Positions 1 to 6,511 of a DNA stretch of 26,017 bases are shown here, piece by piece (within the stretch, counting starts at the first letter, position 1; each line of letters starts with the position of its first letter). The notes beneath the pieces were generated by a model that ran no database searches, had not been told where the DNA came from, and saw nothing but the letters and a program-made list of their open reading frames with translations. The DNA is from a virus (Duplodnaviria; Caudoviricetes): the IMG/VR virus record IMGVR_UViG_3300025030_000384, positions 1-26,017 of that record; one strand, given 5' to 3'. Made by a program: the position numbers and the translations under genes.

Positions 1-81
1 ATATCTCGCCATGTCGATAACAACATTGATGATGCGCTATACCATTTGGATGAAGCGCGAAAATTACTGGAAGCGCCATAA
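1..81 (+). CDS. 3' end of a truncated hypothetical cassette gene (..ISRHVDNNIDDALYHLDEARKLLEAP*)
   Basis: Frame 1 is open from the window edge to TAA 79-81, which is the TAA of the first attC-like site. Confidence 0.6.
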   Translation: MSRHVDNNIDDALYHLDEARKLLEAP

Positions 82-127
82 CGGCCTCTGGCTGAACCGC
101 TCCGGCGGGTCGTGCCAGTGGTTAAAC
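76..127 (+). repeat. attC-like site 1
   Basis: CCATAAC...GTTAAAC enclosing the imperfect stem CTGGC-TGAACCGC-TCCG-GCGGGTCG-T-GCCAG. Confidence 0.7.
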
Positions 128-177
128 CAGCGAAAGGAGAACCAAAATGGATTTGAGCAAGTGCGGGGAGATAAAGG

Positions 178-480
178 ATGCCTCTTTTTAAATGTGAACA
201 ATGTGGCTGTGTTGAGAATACCGCCTGCGGAATGTGGTGGAGCAAGGACATGGATATCTGGCCCCTGGAGTATGTCGGTAAAGCGTTGTGCTCCGAGTGC
301 GGCCCGCCGACCTACCGAGACGGTAGCAAAACAGACTTCGGCAAATGGCATGGACGTTTTACGAAGCGCCCTGCTGCGGGAATGCTGATAGACCAGAACA
401 AGAACCTTTGGAGCCAAGACCAGATCGACGCCGGTATGTTGCCCAAAAGCTACAAGATCATCGGCAAGGTTGATGCATAA
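178..480 (+). CDS. Hypothetical protein with two CxxC pairs (putative Zn-binding), cassette gene
   Basis: 100 aa; CEQC and CSEC; GGAG upstream; stop overlaps the TAAC of site 2. Confidence 0.8.
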   Translation: MPLFKCEQCGCVENTACGMWWSKDMDIWPLEYVGKALCSECGPPTYRDGSKTDFGKWHGRFTKRPAAGMLIDQNKNLWSQDQIDAGMLPKSYKIIGKVDA

Positions 481-524
481 CGGCTTGAGTTGAGCCGTAC
501 AACGGCTCGAACGTTTGGTTGTGA
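475..524 (+). repeat. attC-like site 2
   Basis: GCATAAC...GTTGTGA; stem GTTGAGCCGT / ACGGCTC(G)AAC with a single bulged base, like an attC extrahelical base. Confidence 0.75.
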
Positions 525-550
525 TGCGTTCGGGCCCCGGAGGAAACAAC

Positions 551-1081
551 GTGAAAATTTCAACAGAAACAGTGCAAAAGCTGATTATTACTGATGTGCC
601 GGACCTCGACCCTGTGGCGGTTTACCTCGAAGATCAGGGGGTGGAGAAGGGCAAGGCAACCATTACCTGCTTCAATGATTCATGGTCTTACTTCTGGGGC
701 GCGATGGGCAAGGGAAATACGATTCGGAGTTTCATATTGAAGTGTGATGAACATTATCTGGCCGGCAAATTCATTGGCTCTGCACCACGCACGGAGCCTG
801 ACCCTGACAAACTGGAAGCAAAGGCCAAGCGACATATTCTGGATATGCGAAAGGATGGCAACTTCTCCAAGCATGTCGCACGGGAACTGTGGAGCGAGTC
901 CGAAGGGCTGTGTGATGTTTGGCACGAAATGAACGGCAACAACGACAATTTCTGTGATGCCATGTACCGCATTTTTGGCCATGATTGGTACGACCTTGTA
1001 CCGACAAAGCCACATTATCAATATGAATATCTCTGCCGCATCATCAACACGGTGAAAGCGGCATTACAGGAAGCGCCATAA
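551..1081 (+). CDS. Conserved phage hypothetical protein, cassette gene
   Basis: GTG 551 after GGAGG; LDPVAVYL..G..TITC..W..WGAMG pattern familiar from phage accessory proteins; stop overlaps the TAAC of site 3. Confidence 0.8.
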   Translation: MKISTETVQKLIITDVPDLDPVAVYLEDQGVEKGKATITCFNDSWSYFWGAMGKGNTIRSFILKCDEHYLAGKFIGSAPRTEPDPDKLEAKAKRHILDMRKDGNFSKHVARELWSESEGLCDVWHEMNGNNDNFCDAMYRIFGHDWYDLVPTKPHYQYEYLCRIINTVKAALQEAP

Positions 1082-1133
1082 CGGGTGGCCGATCCCGCGA
1101 CGGCCTTTGATCGCGTGCATTGGCTTGTTATCC
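1076..1133 (+). repeat. attC-like site 3
   Basis: CCATAAC...GTTATCC; imperfect stem GCCGATCCCGCGA / TCGCGTGCATTGGC. Confidence 0.65.
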
Positions 1134-1170
1134 CTTTTCAGTGGATCGCAAGCCGGAAAAGGAGAAATCA

Positions 1171-1329
1171 ATGTTTGGACTGGAATATGTCCCTGCTCAG
1201 TTTATGGCGGTTCCATACTGGCACATCGTTGGTATTTTTCTGGTCTGCACCTTCCTTGGTGAGCAAATCCAGAAGTTGGCGCCGAAGATAATCAACATTT
1301 CCATGAAGCAGGAGAATGGCAAGGGCTAA
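1171..1329 (+). CDS. Small putative membrane protein (52 aa), cassette gene
   Basis: AAGGAG RBS, ATG 1171, hydrophobic core WHIVGIFLVCTFL; stop overlaps the TAAC of site 4. Confidence 0.7.
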   Translation: MFGLEYVPAQFMAVPYWHIVGIFLVCTFLGEQIQKLAPKIINISMKQENGKG

Positions 1330-1386
1330 CGGCTACGGCGTGGTGTCCGTCTCCGCTTCGCTACGCGGTACACGCCGTGGTTAAAC
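1324..1386 (+). repeat. attC-like site 4
   Basis: GGCTAAC...GTTAAAC; arms ACGGCGTG / CACGCCGT; twin of site 6 with an inverted centre. Confidence 0.75.
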
Positions 1387-1427
1387 CGGGTTTCATTTGA
1401 TCACAAGTAATTACAGGAGGTTACAAG

Positions 1428-1670
1428 ATGCAATGGATTAACGTTGAAGAACAAAAGCCGGTTATGAAAAAAGCATTTCTGGAGCAAAAAGCATTTCTGG
1501 AAGATCGCCCCATTCAGCATACGGGGTACATCGTCTGCCGGAGTGATGGCGTTGTGCAGTTTTCCCCGGCATATACTGGCTTTGGTTGGGCAAACATCGG
1601 CGGGGGGCGTGAAGTGACGGTTACACACTGGATGCCGCTTCCTGCCCCTCCGGTGGCAAACCATGGGTGA
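1428..1670 (+). CDS. DUF551-like phage protein, cassette gene
   Basis: N-terminal MQWINVEEQKP and C-terminal VTHWMPLPAPP signature; AGGAGG RBS. Confidence 0.85.
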   Translation: MQWINVEEQKPVMKKAFLEQKAFLEDRPIQHTGYIVCRSDGVVQFSPAYTGFGWANIGGGREVTVTHWMPLPAPPVANHG

Positions 1671-1673
1671 GCG

Positions 1674-1781
1674 ATGGTACGCAGCACACATTTACTGTCA
1701 GCATTGTGGAAGGACGGGATCGCCACAACCATCCCTTCAGCATATTTGATGAATTTCGTGAGAAAGCTACAAGGCTTATAA
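1674..1781 (+). CDS. Possible 35-aa ORF (MVRSTHLLSALWKDGIATTIPSAYLMNFVRKLQGL)
   Basis: Starts 3 nt after the DUF551 stop and ends in the TAA of site 5, like the other cassette genes; no clear RBS. Confidence 0.4.
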   Translation: MVRSTHLLSALWKDGIATTIPSAYLMNFVRKLQGL

Positions 1782-1843
1782 CGGCCATGGCGCTGACCCG
1801 ACCGCCCAACACCCGGCGGTCGGGTCCGGCGTCCTGGTTAAAC
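1776..1843 (+). repeat. attC-like site 5
   Basis: TTATAAC...GTTAAAC; long stem CGCTGACCCGACCGCC / GGCGGTCGGGTC(C)GGCG with a bulged base. Confidence 0.8.
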
Positions 1844-1872
1844 CAGCGAACCACTATTTTACGGGAGGAACA

Positions 1873-2379
1873 ATGAATCACATTACTGTTGTTATCGAGT
1901 ACGCAGATGGTCAGGAAATGCCAGCATTCACGGCAAACATGGAATTGCTCGGAGGCCACGTAACCGCTGTTCAATTCAATGATGCTCTGGCCGAAATTGA
2001 GCAACTGGAACAAAACTCATGCGGTGATTGCACTGACGGCTGGAAATACAACCGCGTTGAGGGCCGCCACGCCTGCACCTGTATGACCGAAATGGAACCG
2101 TTCCAGATGTTGCAGACGGCATTGGAGGAAATAGCAAACGGGACGCATACTGCCGAACAGATGCCAGCTATCGCGTGTGAAGCGCTGGTTTCTGTACTCG
2201 GATTGGGCGCTGCATCGGCTGGTTATGTGGTGCCGGAGTATGTGCCGAGGCAGGTAAGCATGGATAGCGTGAGAAAAGCAATAGATGGCGCTATGGCACC
2301 TTTTTATCAGATGGACATTGACGATTTTACCATTGAAGAAGTGGATAGCGCCGTTTGCCACGAACTAAATAAGCTGTGA
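1873..2379 (+). CDS. Hypothetical phage protein, cassette gene
   Basis: 168 aa, GGAGG RBS, CGDC..CTC motif; stop lies immediately before site 6. Confidence 0.8.
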   Translation: MNHITVVIEYADGQEMPAFTANMELLGGHVTAVQFNDALAEIEQLEQNSCGDCTDGWKYNRVEGRHACTCMTEMEPFQMLQTALEEIANGTHTAEQMPAIACEALVSVLGLGAASAGYVVPEYVPRQVSMDSVRKAIDGAMAPFYQMDIDDFTIEEVDSAVCHELNKL

Positions 2380-2380
2380 C

Positions 2381-2443
2381 ACATAACGGCTACGGCGTGT
2401 ACCGCGTAGCGAAGCGGAGACGGACACCACGCCGTGGTTAAAC
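2381..2443 (+). repeat. attC-like site 6
   Basis: ACATAAC...GTTAAAC; same arms as site 4; centre contains a GCGAAGC mini-hairpin. Confidence 0.75.
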
Positions 2444-2541
2444 CGGGTTTCATTTGATCACAAGGCTTATAACAAGCCACCCGGCGCGTCCGGGGAAGGG
2501 GAGCTACCGCTGCTATTCGCCAAGAGTTTAAAATAAACCCC

Positions 2542-2580
2542 TTGACAACCAGTAAATAGATTGATAGTAAAGAACTTAAC
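2542..2580 (+). promoter_or_regulatory. Putative sigma70 promoter with operator-like palindrome
   Basis: TTGACA-17-TAGTAA (weak -10), overlapped by GTAAAGAACTTAAC at 2567-2580. Confidence 0.55.
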
Positions 2581-2599
2581 TAAGGAGGATCTTAAAACC

Positions 2600-2797
2600 A
2601 TGAACACCCCCGACCAGGACGCGGCGATTGCCGCATGTGACGAGACGCTGAAGGCAGTAAACCTGCCGACCTATACGCAGGTAGAGGAGAGGATGTCCAT
2701 GAGCTATATCGCCGCTCTGGATGCACTGGAGATGGGCAAACAGCTCTGCAAGAAACTGGACGCGGCGGAGCGGGAGATTAAGAGGCTGAAGAAATGA
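2600..2797 (+). CDS. Hypothetical protein with coiled-coil C-terminus
   Basis: TAAGGAGG RBS, ATG 2600; ATGA overlap with the next gene. Confidence 0.75.
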   Translation: MNTPDQDAAIAACDETLKAVNLPTYTQVEERMSMSYIAALDALEMGKQLCKKLDAAEREIKRLKK

Positions 2798-3003
2798 GCC
2801 GAGACCGAACCATCCCAGGTCTTTCAGACCTCATGCGCCAGGCAGGGGCGACGAACATAAGTCTTGCCAACGCAAGTGGCGTGGCGCATGGCACCATCGC
2901 ACAGGCTCGAGCCGGACGACCGGTGAGGACGTTTAATGCAGAGTGCATCGAGACCGCGCTCGCGGAGCGGGAATTTAAACGAGACCGGAGAGGGAGGAAT
3001 TAA
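2794..3003 (+). CDS. Cro/XRE-like helix-turn-helix protein
   Basis: LSDLMRQAGATNISLANASGVAHGTIAQARAG fits an HTH pattern. Confidence 0.75.
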   Translation: MSRDRTIPGLSDLMRQAGATNISLANASGVAHGTIAQARAGRPVRTFNAECIETALAEREFKRDRRGRN

Positions 3004-3005
3004 CC

Positions 3006-3140
3006 ATGGCCTACAACAACGAAAGAACCCTAGTAGGGGCGCAGCTTGCCAAGGATTTCTCCGAGCACCCGATGTACTGGGTGGACGAGCCGGAGGAGAT
3101 CGAAGATCCCGAGCCTGAAGAGGAGGAAGACGATGAATAG
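3006..3140 (+). CDS. 44-aa highly acidic peptide (not in ORF track)
   Basis: GGAGG RBS; MAYNNERTLVGAQLAKDFSEHPMYWVDEPEEIEDPEPEEEEDDE*; tightly packed between its neighbours. Confidence 0.7.
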   Translation: MAYNNERTLVGAQLAKDFSEHPMYWVDEPEEIEDPEPEEEEDDE

Positions 3141-3282
3141 AACGACTCTAAGGATCTTCTGGAAGAACGGCAGGGAGAACACTCTGACCTTCGCCACCCT
3201 CCTCGACGCCCGACGGCATAAGGAGAGCATGGAGATAGTTTTTAAGGATAAGATTGAGAGGGTGGAGGTGAAGAGTGGATGA
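3133..3282 (+). CDS. Small hypothetical protein (49 aa)
   Basis: GGAGG upstream of ATG 3133; overlaps the previous stop. Confidence 0.65.
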   Translation: MNRTTLRIFWKNGRENTLTFATLLDARRHKESMEIVFKDKIERVEVKSG

Positions 3283-3362
3283 TGTCAAGACCCACAAAAT
3301 AAAAGAACTACTCCCCGGACACTGGAAAGCTACGGCCAGATATTTAAATTCAATATCGAAGA

Positions 3363-3401
3363 ATAAAGAACTTGACATGAGAGGATTTTATGTATTACTG
3401 T
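3363..3401 (+). promoter_or_regulatory. Putative sigma70 promoter with operator-like palindrome
   Basis: TTGACA(3372)-18-TACTGT; ATAAAGAACTTGAC at 3363-3376 overlaps the -35. Confidence 0.5.
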
Positions 3402-3482
3402 CCACTCGAAAGAAGCCTGTGTCAAATCGAAAGGAGGTACTGATGGGGCATTAATGGCACTGAGGAATCCCTGTGGTAGGGC

Positions 3483-3510
3483 GGCGACACTGGCAACGGT
3501 GTCGCCTTTT
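3483..3510 (+). terminator. Intrinsic terminator or attenuator hairpin upstream of the polymerase
   Basis: GGCGACACTG-GCAA-CGGTGTCGCC followed by TTTT. Confidence 0.7.
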
Positions 3511-3595
3511 CAGGTGAAAAGACTTTGAGACTCCGAGCGGAGCGAGAGGTTGAAAAGATTCACCGAAGATTTAAAGAAAGGAACCCTACCACAAA

Positions 3596-5953
3596 ATGAA
3601 CTTCAACACCGACGTACTTGGATACGACCTCGAAACACAAGGAACCCCTGCAGAATACGCACTTCAACCCTGGAGAGCACCTCAGGCGGCATGGGTGAGC
3701 GCTGTAGCGTTCACTCGTGGTGACACATCCACCGGATCACTTTTCCCTGACATAAAACTCATCGAATCCGTACTGACAAAAGCCGCTGACCAAGGGTTGT
3801 ACGTGTGCGGCTGGAACGTGACGTTTGACTGTTCGTGGCTGATCGCGCTTGGCCTTGAGGATCTGGCATTCAGAATAAAGTGGCTGGACTCCATGCTCCT
3901 GTGGCGGCACTGGGCCGTAGAGCCTGAAGGCGACGACATACCGAAGGCGAAGCGCAAGAGCTACTCACTTGAGGCAGCCATGCACGAGTTCTTCCTTGAC
4001 GAAGCAGGGTTTAAGGACTTCAAAAACTTCCAGACTCAAGACCCGGAAGAATTGAAGATGCTCCTGTTCCGCTGCAAGGAGGATACCCGCTTCGCAGTTC
4101 GCTTAGGCGAACTGTTCTGGGAAAAGTTGACGAGCACACAGAGAACTGCAGCACTCATAGAGGCTCGGTGCATACCGCAGGTGGCGCGTGCCAATGTGAA
4201 AGGACTTCTCTCTTCAAAGGAGAACGCCGAGAAGCTCAGGGACAGACTGATTATAGACGGACAGGCTGCACGAGAGGCGCTGAAAGAGGCCGCACCAGGA
4301 CTGGATTTCGTGGACGGCGCACTCACACCCAAGCAGATGGTCAAGCTACAGGCTGAGAGCCCTGAGACGAATTTCGTGAACCTGGGGAGCCCTAAACAGC
4401 TCGCCGAACTTCTTTTCGATACGTGGGGCTTGCCGTGCGATAAGATGACAAAAGGCACGGACAAGAACCCGGAAGGCAACAGGAGCACTGACAAGTATGT
4501 GCTTTACGAGCTTGCATTTAAAGATCCCCGAGCTCGGCTCCTGAAAGAAGTAAGGGAGGCGAAAAACAACTGCACCAAGTACCCTGTTGCCACCTTAAAA
4601 AGTTTGGAGTACAACGGAGACGGATATGTAAGACCAGGTGCGAGGATATTCTCGACCTATTCAAGTCGTATGACGTACAGCTCGTCGCAGAAAAGGAAGT
4701 CAGACAAGGATGCAGGCATCAAGTCCGAAGAGTTCCAGACCGGCATAGCCCTGCACCAGTGGAAGCGAGGGAAAGACTTCAGACGACTGATTCGTCCTCC
4801 AGAGGGGTACGGACTCGCGGAACTTGACTTCGCCGGCCAGGAGTTCGGGTGGATGGCTGTGGCGTCAAAGGATGCTACCATGTTATCGCTCCGTGAGCCT
4901 GGAGAGGACGCCCACTCATACATGGGCGCACAGATCGCAGGTATCGACTATCGAGAGCTGATTCGACTCGTAAAAGAGGATGACGAGCACGCCTCATATC
5001 AGAGGAAACTCGGGAAGTTTTGCATCGCTGAAGGCGAGCTGGTGCTCACAGATCGCGGGCTTGTACCGATAGAGCAAGTTTCTCTTGCCATGCGAGTATG
5101 GGATGGTGAGAAGTGGGTCTATCATAAAGGTGTTGTGTACCAAGGGACTCAAGAGTGCATCTTGAAAGCAGGACTTACAGCTACACCCAATCACCAGGTT
5201 CTTTGCCTGCCACCTGACCTGGACGATAACCCGTTTGCACGTTTTGACAGTGCAAGTGTCATGTGGCACTCAAGAGGTGGCAACATGACCCCAATTTTGA
5301 CAGACTACGCATGTCGGACTGAGTTCGTAGGTGTCAGGCCAACGTATGACATACTCGAAGCAGGCCCGCATCACAGGTTTACGGTGGCTGAGTGGGTAGT
5401 TTCTAACAGCAATTTGTCCTTCCAGTACCGCGTAGGCCCGAAGACTGCACTGATGAAAGCCCGCACCGACTATGAGATGGACCTTGACGAGCTATTTATC
5501 AAGCAACTGATCGCCACGTACAAGACCACCTTCCCCGGCGTCCCTGACTACTGGAGAGACCAGATATGTCGGTGCCGTACCCTCGGGTATGCCGAGACAT
5601 TCGCAGGGCGTAGGGTGCAGCTCAGAGGGTCGTGGGCAGGCAGAGAGGCGTGGCAGATGGAGAGCTCGTCGATCAATTATCCGATCCAAGGAACTGGCGG
5701 AGACCAGAAATACCTGGCTCTGGCCGTAGCACGTAACATGCTGCCCACATATAACGGCCATTTTTACTTCGAACTCCATGACGGACTGTTCTTCATTTTC
5801 CCTTTGGACAAGCTCCAGAAGGGTGCGGAGGATATGCGTAAAGCACTGTCAAACCTGCCGTACAAGCAGGCGTGGGGCGTCGATCTGCCAATCACATTCC
5901 CCGTCGATGCAAAGATCAGCACGGAGTCGTGGGGAGACTTAAAAGGAATTTAA
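3596..5953 (+). CDS. polA: Phage family A DNA polymerase (3'-5' exonuclease + polymerase), intein-containing
   Basis: Exo motifs GYDLET and GWNVTFD; motif A LDFAGQE; motif B RKLGKF|SNLSFQY split by the intein; INYPIQGTG; motif C LHDG. Confidence 0.95.
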   Translation: MNFNTDVLGYDLETQGTPAEYALQPWRAPQAAWVSAVAFTRGDTSTGSLFPDIKLIESVLTKAADQGLYVCGWNVTFDCSWLIALGLEDLAFRIKWLDSMLLWRHWAVEPEGDDIPKAKRKSYSLEAAMHEFFLDEAGFKDFKNFQTQDPEELKMLLFRCKEDTRFAVRLGELFWEKLTSTQRTAALIEARCIPQVARANVKGLLSSKENAEKLRDRLIIDGQAAREALKEAAPGLDFVDGALTPKQMVKLQAESPETNFVNLGSPKQLAELLFDTWGLPCDKMTKGTDKNPEGNRSTDKYVLYELAFKDPRARLLKEVREAKNNCTKYPVATLKSLEYNGDGYVRPGARIFSTYSSRMTYSSSQKRKSDKDAGIKSEEFQTGIALHQWKRGKDFRRLIRPPEGYGLAELDFAGQEFGWMAVASKDATMLSLREPGEDAHSYMGAQIAGIDYRELIRLVKEDDEHASYQRKLGKFCIAEGELVLTDRGLVPIEQVSLAMRVWDGEKWVYHKGVVYQGTQECILKAGLTATPNHQVLCLPPDLDDNPFARFDSASVMWHSRGGNMTPILTDYACRTEFVGVRPTYDILEAGPHHRFTVAEWVVSNSNLSFQYRVGPKTALMKARTDYEMDLDELFIKQLIATYKTTFPGVPDYWRDQICRCRTLGYAETFAGRRVQLRGSWAGREAWQMESSSINYPIQGTGGDQKYLALAVARNMLPTYNGHFYFELHDGLFFIFPLDKLQKGAEDMRKALSNLPYKQAWGVDLPITFPVDAKISTESWGDLKGI
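5021..5407 (+). mobile_element. Mini-intein (129 aa, no homing endonuclease) in polymerase motif B
   Basis: Begins CIAEG, block B TPNH, block F TYDI, ends ..VVSN followed by +1 Ser; removing it restores motif B. Confidence 0.92.
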
Positions 5954-5964
5954 AATAAATTACT

Positions 5965-6002
5965 GTAAAGTTCTTGACAAGAGATAATTTGTCGTGTAGG
6001 GT
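5965..6002 (+). promoter_or_regulatory. Putative sigma70 promoter with operator-like palindrome
   Basis: TTGACA(5974)-17-TAGGGT; GTAAAGTTCTTGAC at 5965-5978 overlaps the -35. Confidence 0.6.
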
Positions 6003-6032
6003 GTAGGAAAATTAAATGAGGGAGGAACTGCG

Positions 6033-6359
6033 ATGCGAGAGATAAAGTTCAGGGCGTGGGATACACAAGCAAAAAAGACGGAGCTCTGGGAAGATTTTGA
6101 ACATGAGCTATGCTTCTTTTCGTGGACCGACCCAACTCTTAGAATAATGCAGTACACCGGAATCAAGGACAAGAACGGGAGAGAGATTTATGAGGGCGAC
6201 ATTGTTTCCGACGAAGGTGGCACAACAGCAATAGAGTGGGCCGAAGGTATGGGCGCGTGGGGTCTGCTGGATTCTGAACGCTGCATGTTCTTATTGGCTG
6301 ATTGCCACGAAACGATGGAAGTCATCGGCAACATCTACGAAAACCCAGAACTTTTATAA
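6033..6359 (+). CDS. YopX family protein
   Basis: MREIKFRAWD...MQYTGIKDKNGREIYEGDIV...EVIGNIYENPELL signature. Confidence 0.95.
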   Translation: MREIKFRAWDTQAKKTELWEDFEHELCFFSWTDPTLRIMQYTGIKDKNGREIYEGDIVSDEGGTTAIEWAEGMGAWGLLDSERCMFLLADCHETMEVIGNIYENPELL

Positions 6360-6373
6360 AAGGAGAACATGCA

Positions 6374-6511
6374 ATGCTTATGGTAAACGAACGAGGGATT
6401 ACAGTAAAGGTGCCGAGTCCTACTCTGGAAGAGTTGGATGTGAAGGTTTTGGAATGTAAGCAGGAAAGGATGTCCGTCATTCTGAGGATCAGACGGGAGG
6501 AACGACCGTGA
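6374..6511 (+). CDS. Small hypothetical protein
   Basis: AAGGAG RBS; GTGA overlap with the next gene. Confidence 0.55.
   Translation: MLMVNERGITVKVPSPTLEELDVKVLECKQERMSVILRIRREERP

Larger units (their letters stand above)
1..2473 (+). mobile_element. Integron-like gene cassette array (attC-like sites, no integrase in window; CALIN-like), 5'-truncated
   Basis: Six 50-68 bp imperfect hairpins bounded by ..TAACGG and GTT.., each directly after a co-oriented gene. Five ORF stops are the TAA of TAAC (81, 480, 1081, 1329, 1781). Confidence 0.8.

Noticed and set aside
1667-1876. ORF-track 69-aa ORF
   Set aside because: It reads through the whole GC-rich hairpin of site 5. The alternative frame ending at the TAAC fits the array pattern better, though neither is certain.
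76-2443. Intergenic hairpins as a CRISPR array or as Rho-independent terminators
   Set aside because: The units differ in sequence, are separated by whole genes and lack U-tracts. The conserved TAAC/GTT ends fit attC-like sites better.
2467-2532. Possible seventh attC-like site (TTATAAC...GTTTAAA)
   Set aside because: Only a short CCCGG/CCGGG stem, no TAACGG and a poor right core; at best degenerate.
3275-3454. 59-codon GTG ORF after GGAGG
   Set aside because: It runs across the putative promoter/operator and has no recognisable features; unresolved, so not annotated.
3400-3510. c-di-GMP-I (GEMM) riboswitch suggested by CGAAAG loops
   Set aside because: The characteristic GGCAAA...GACGCAAA core is absent.
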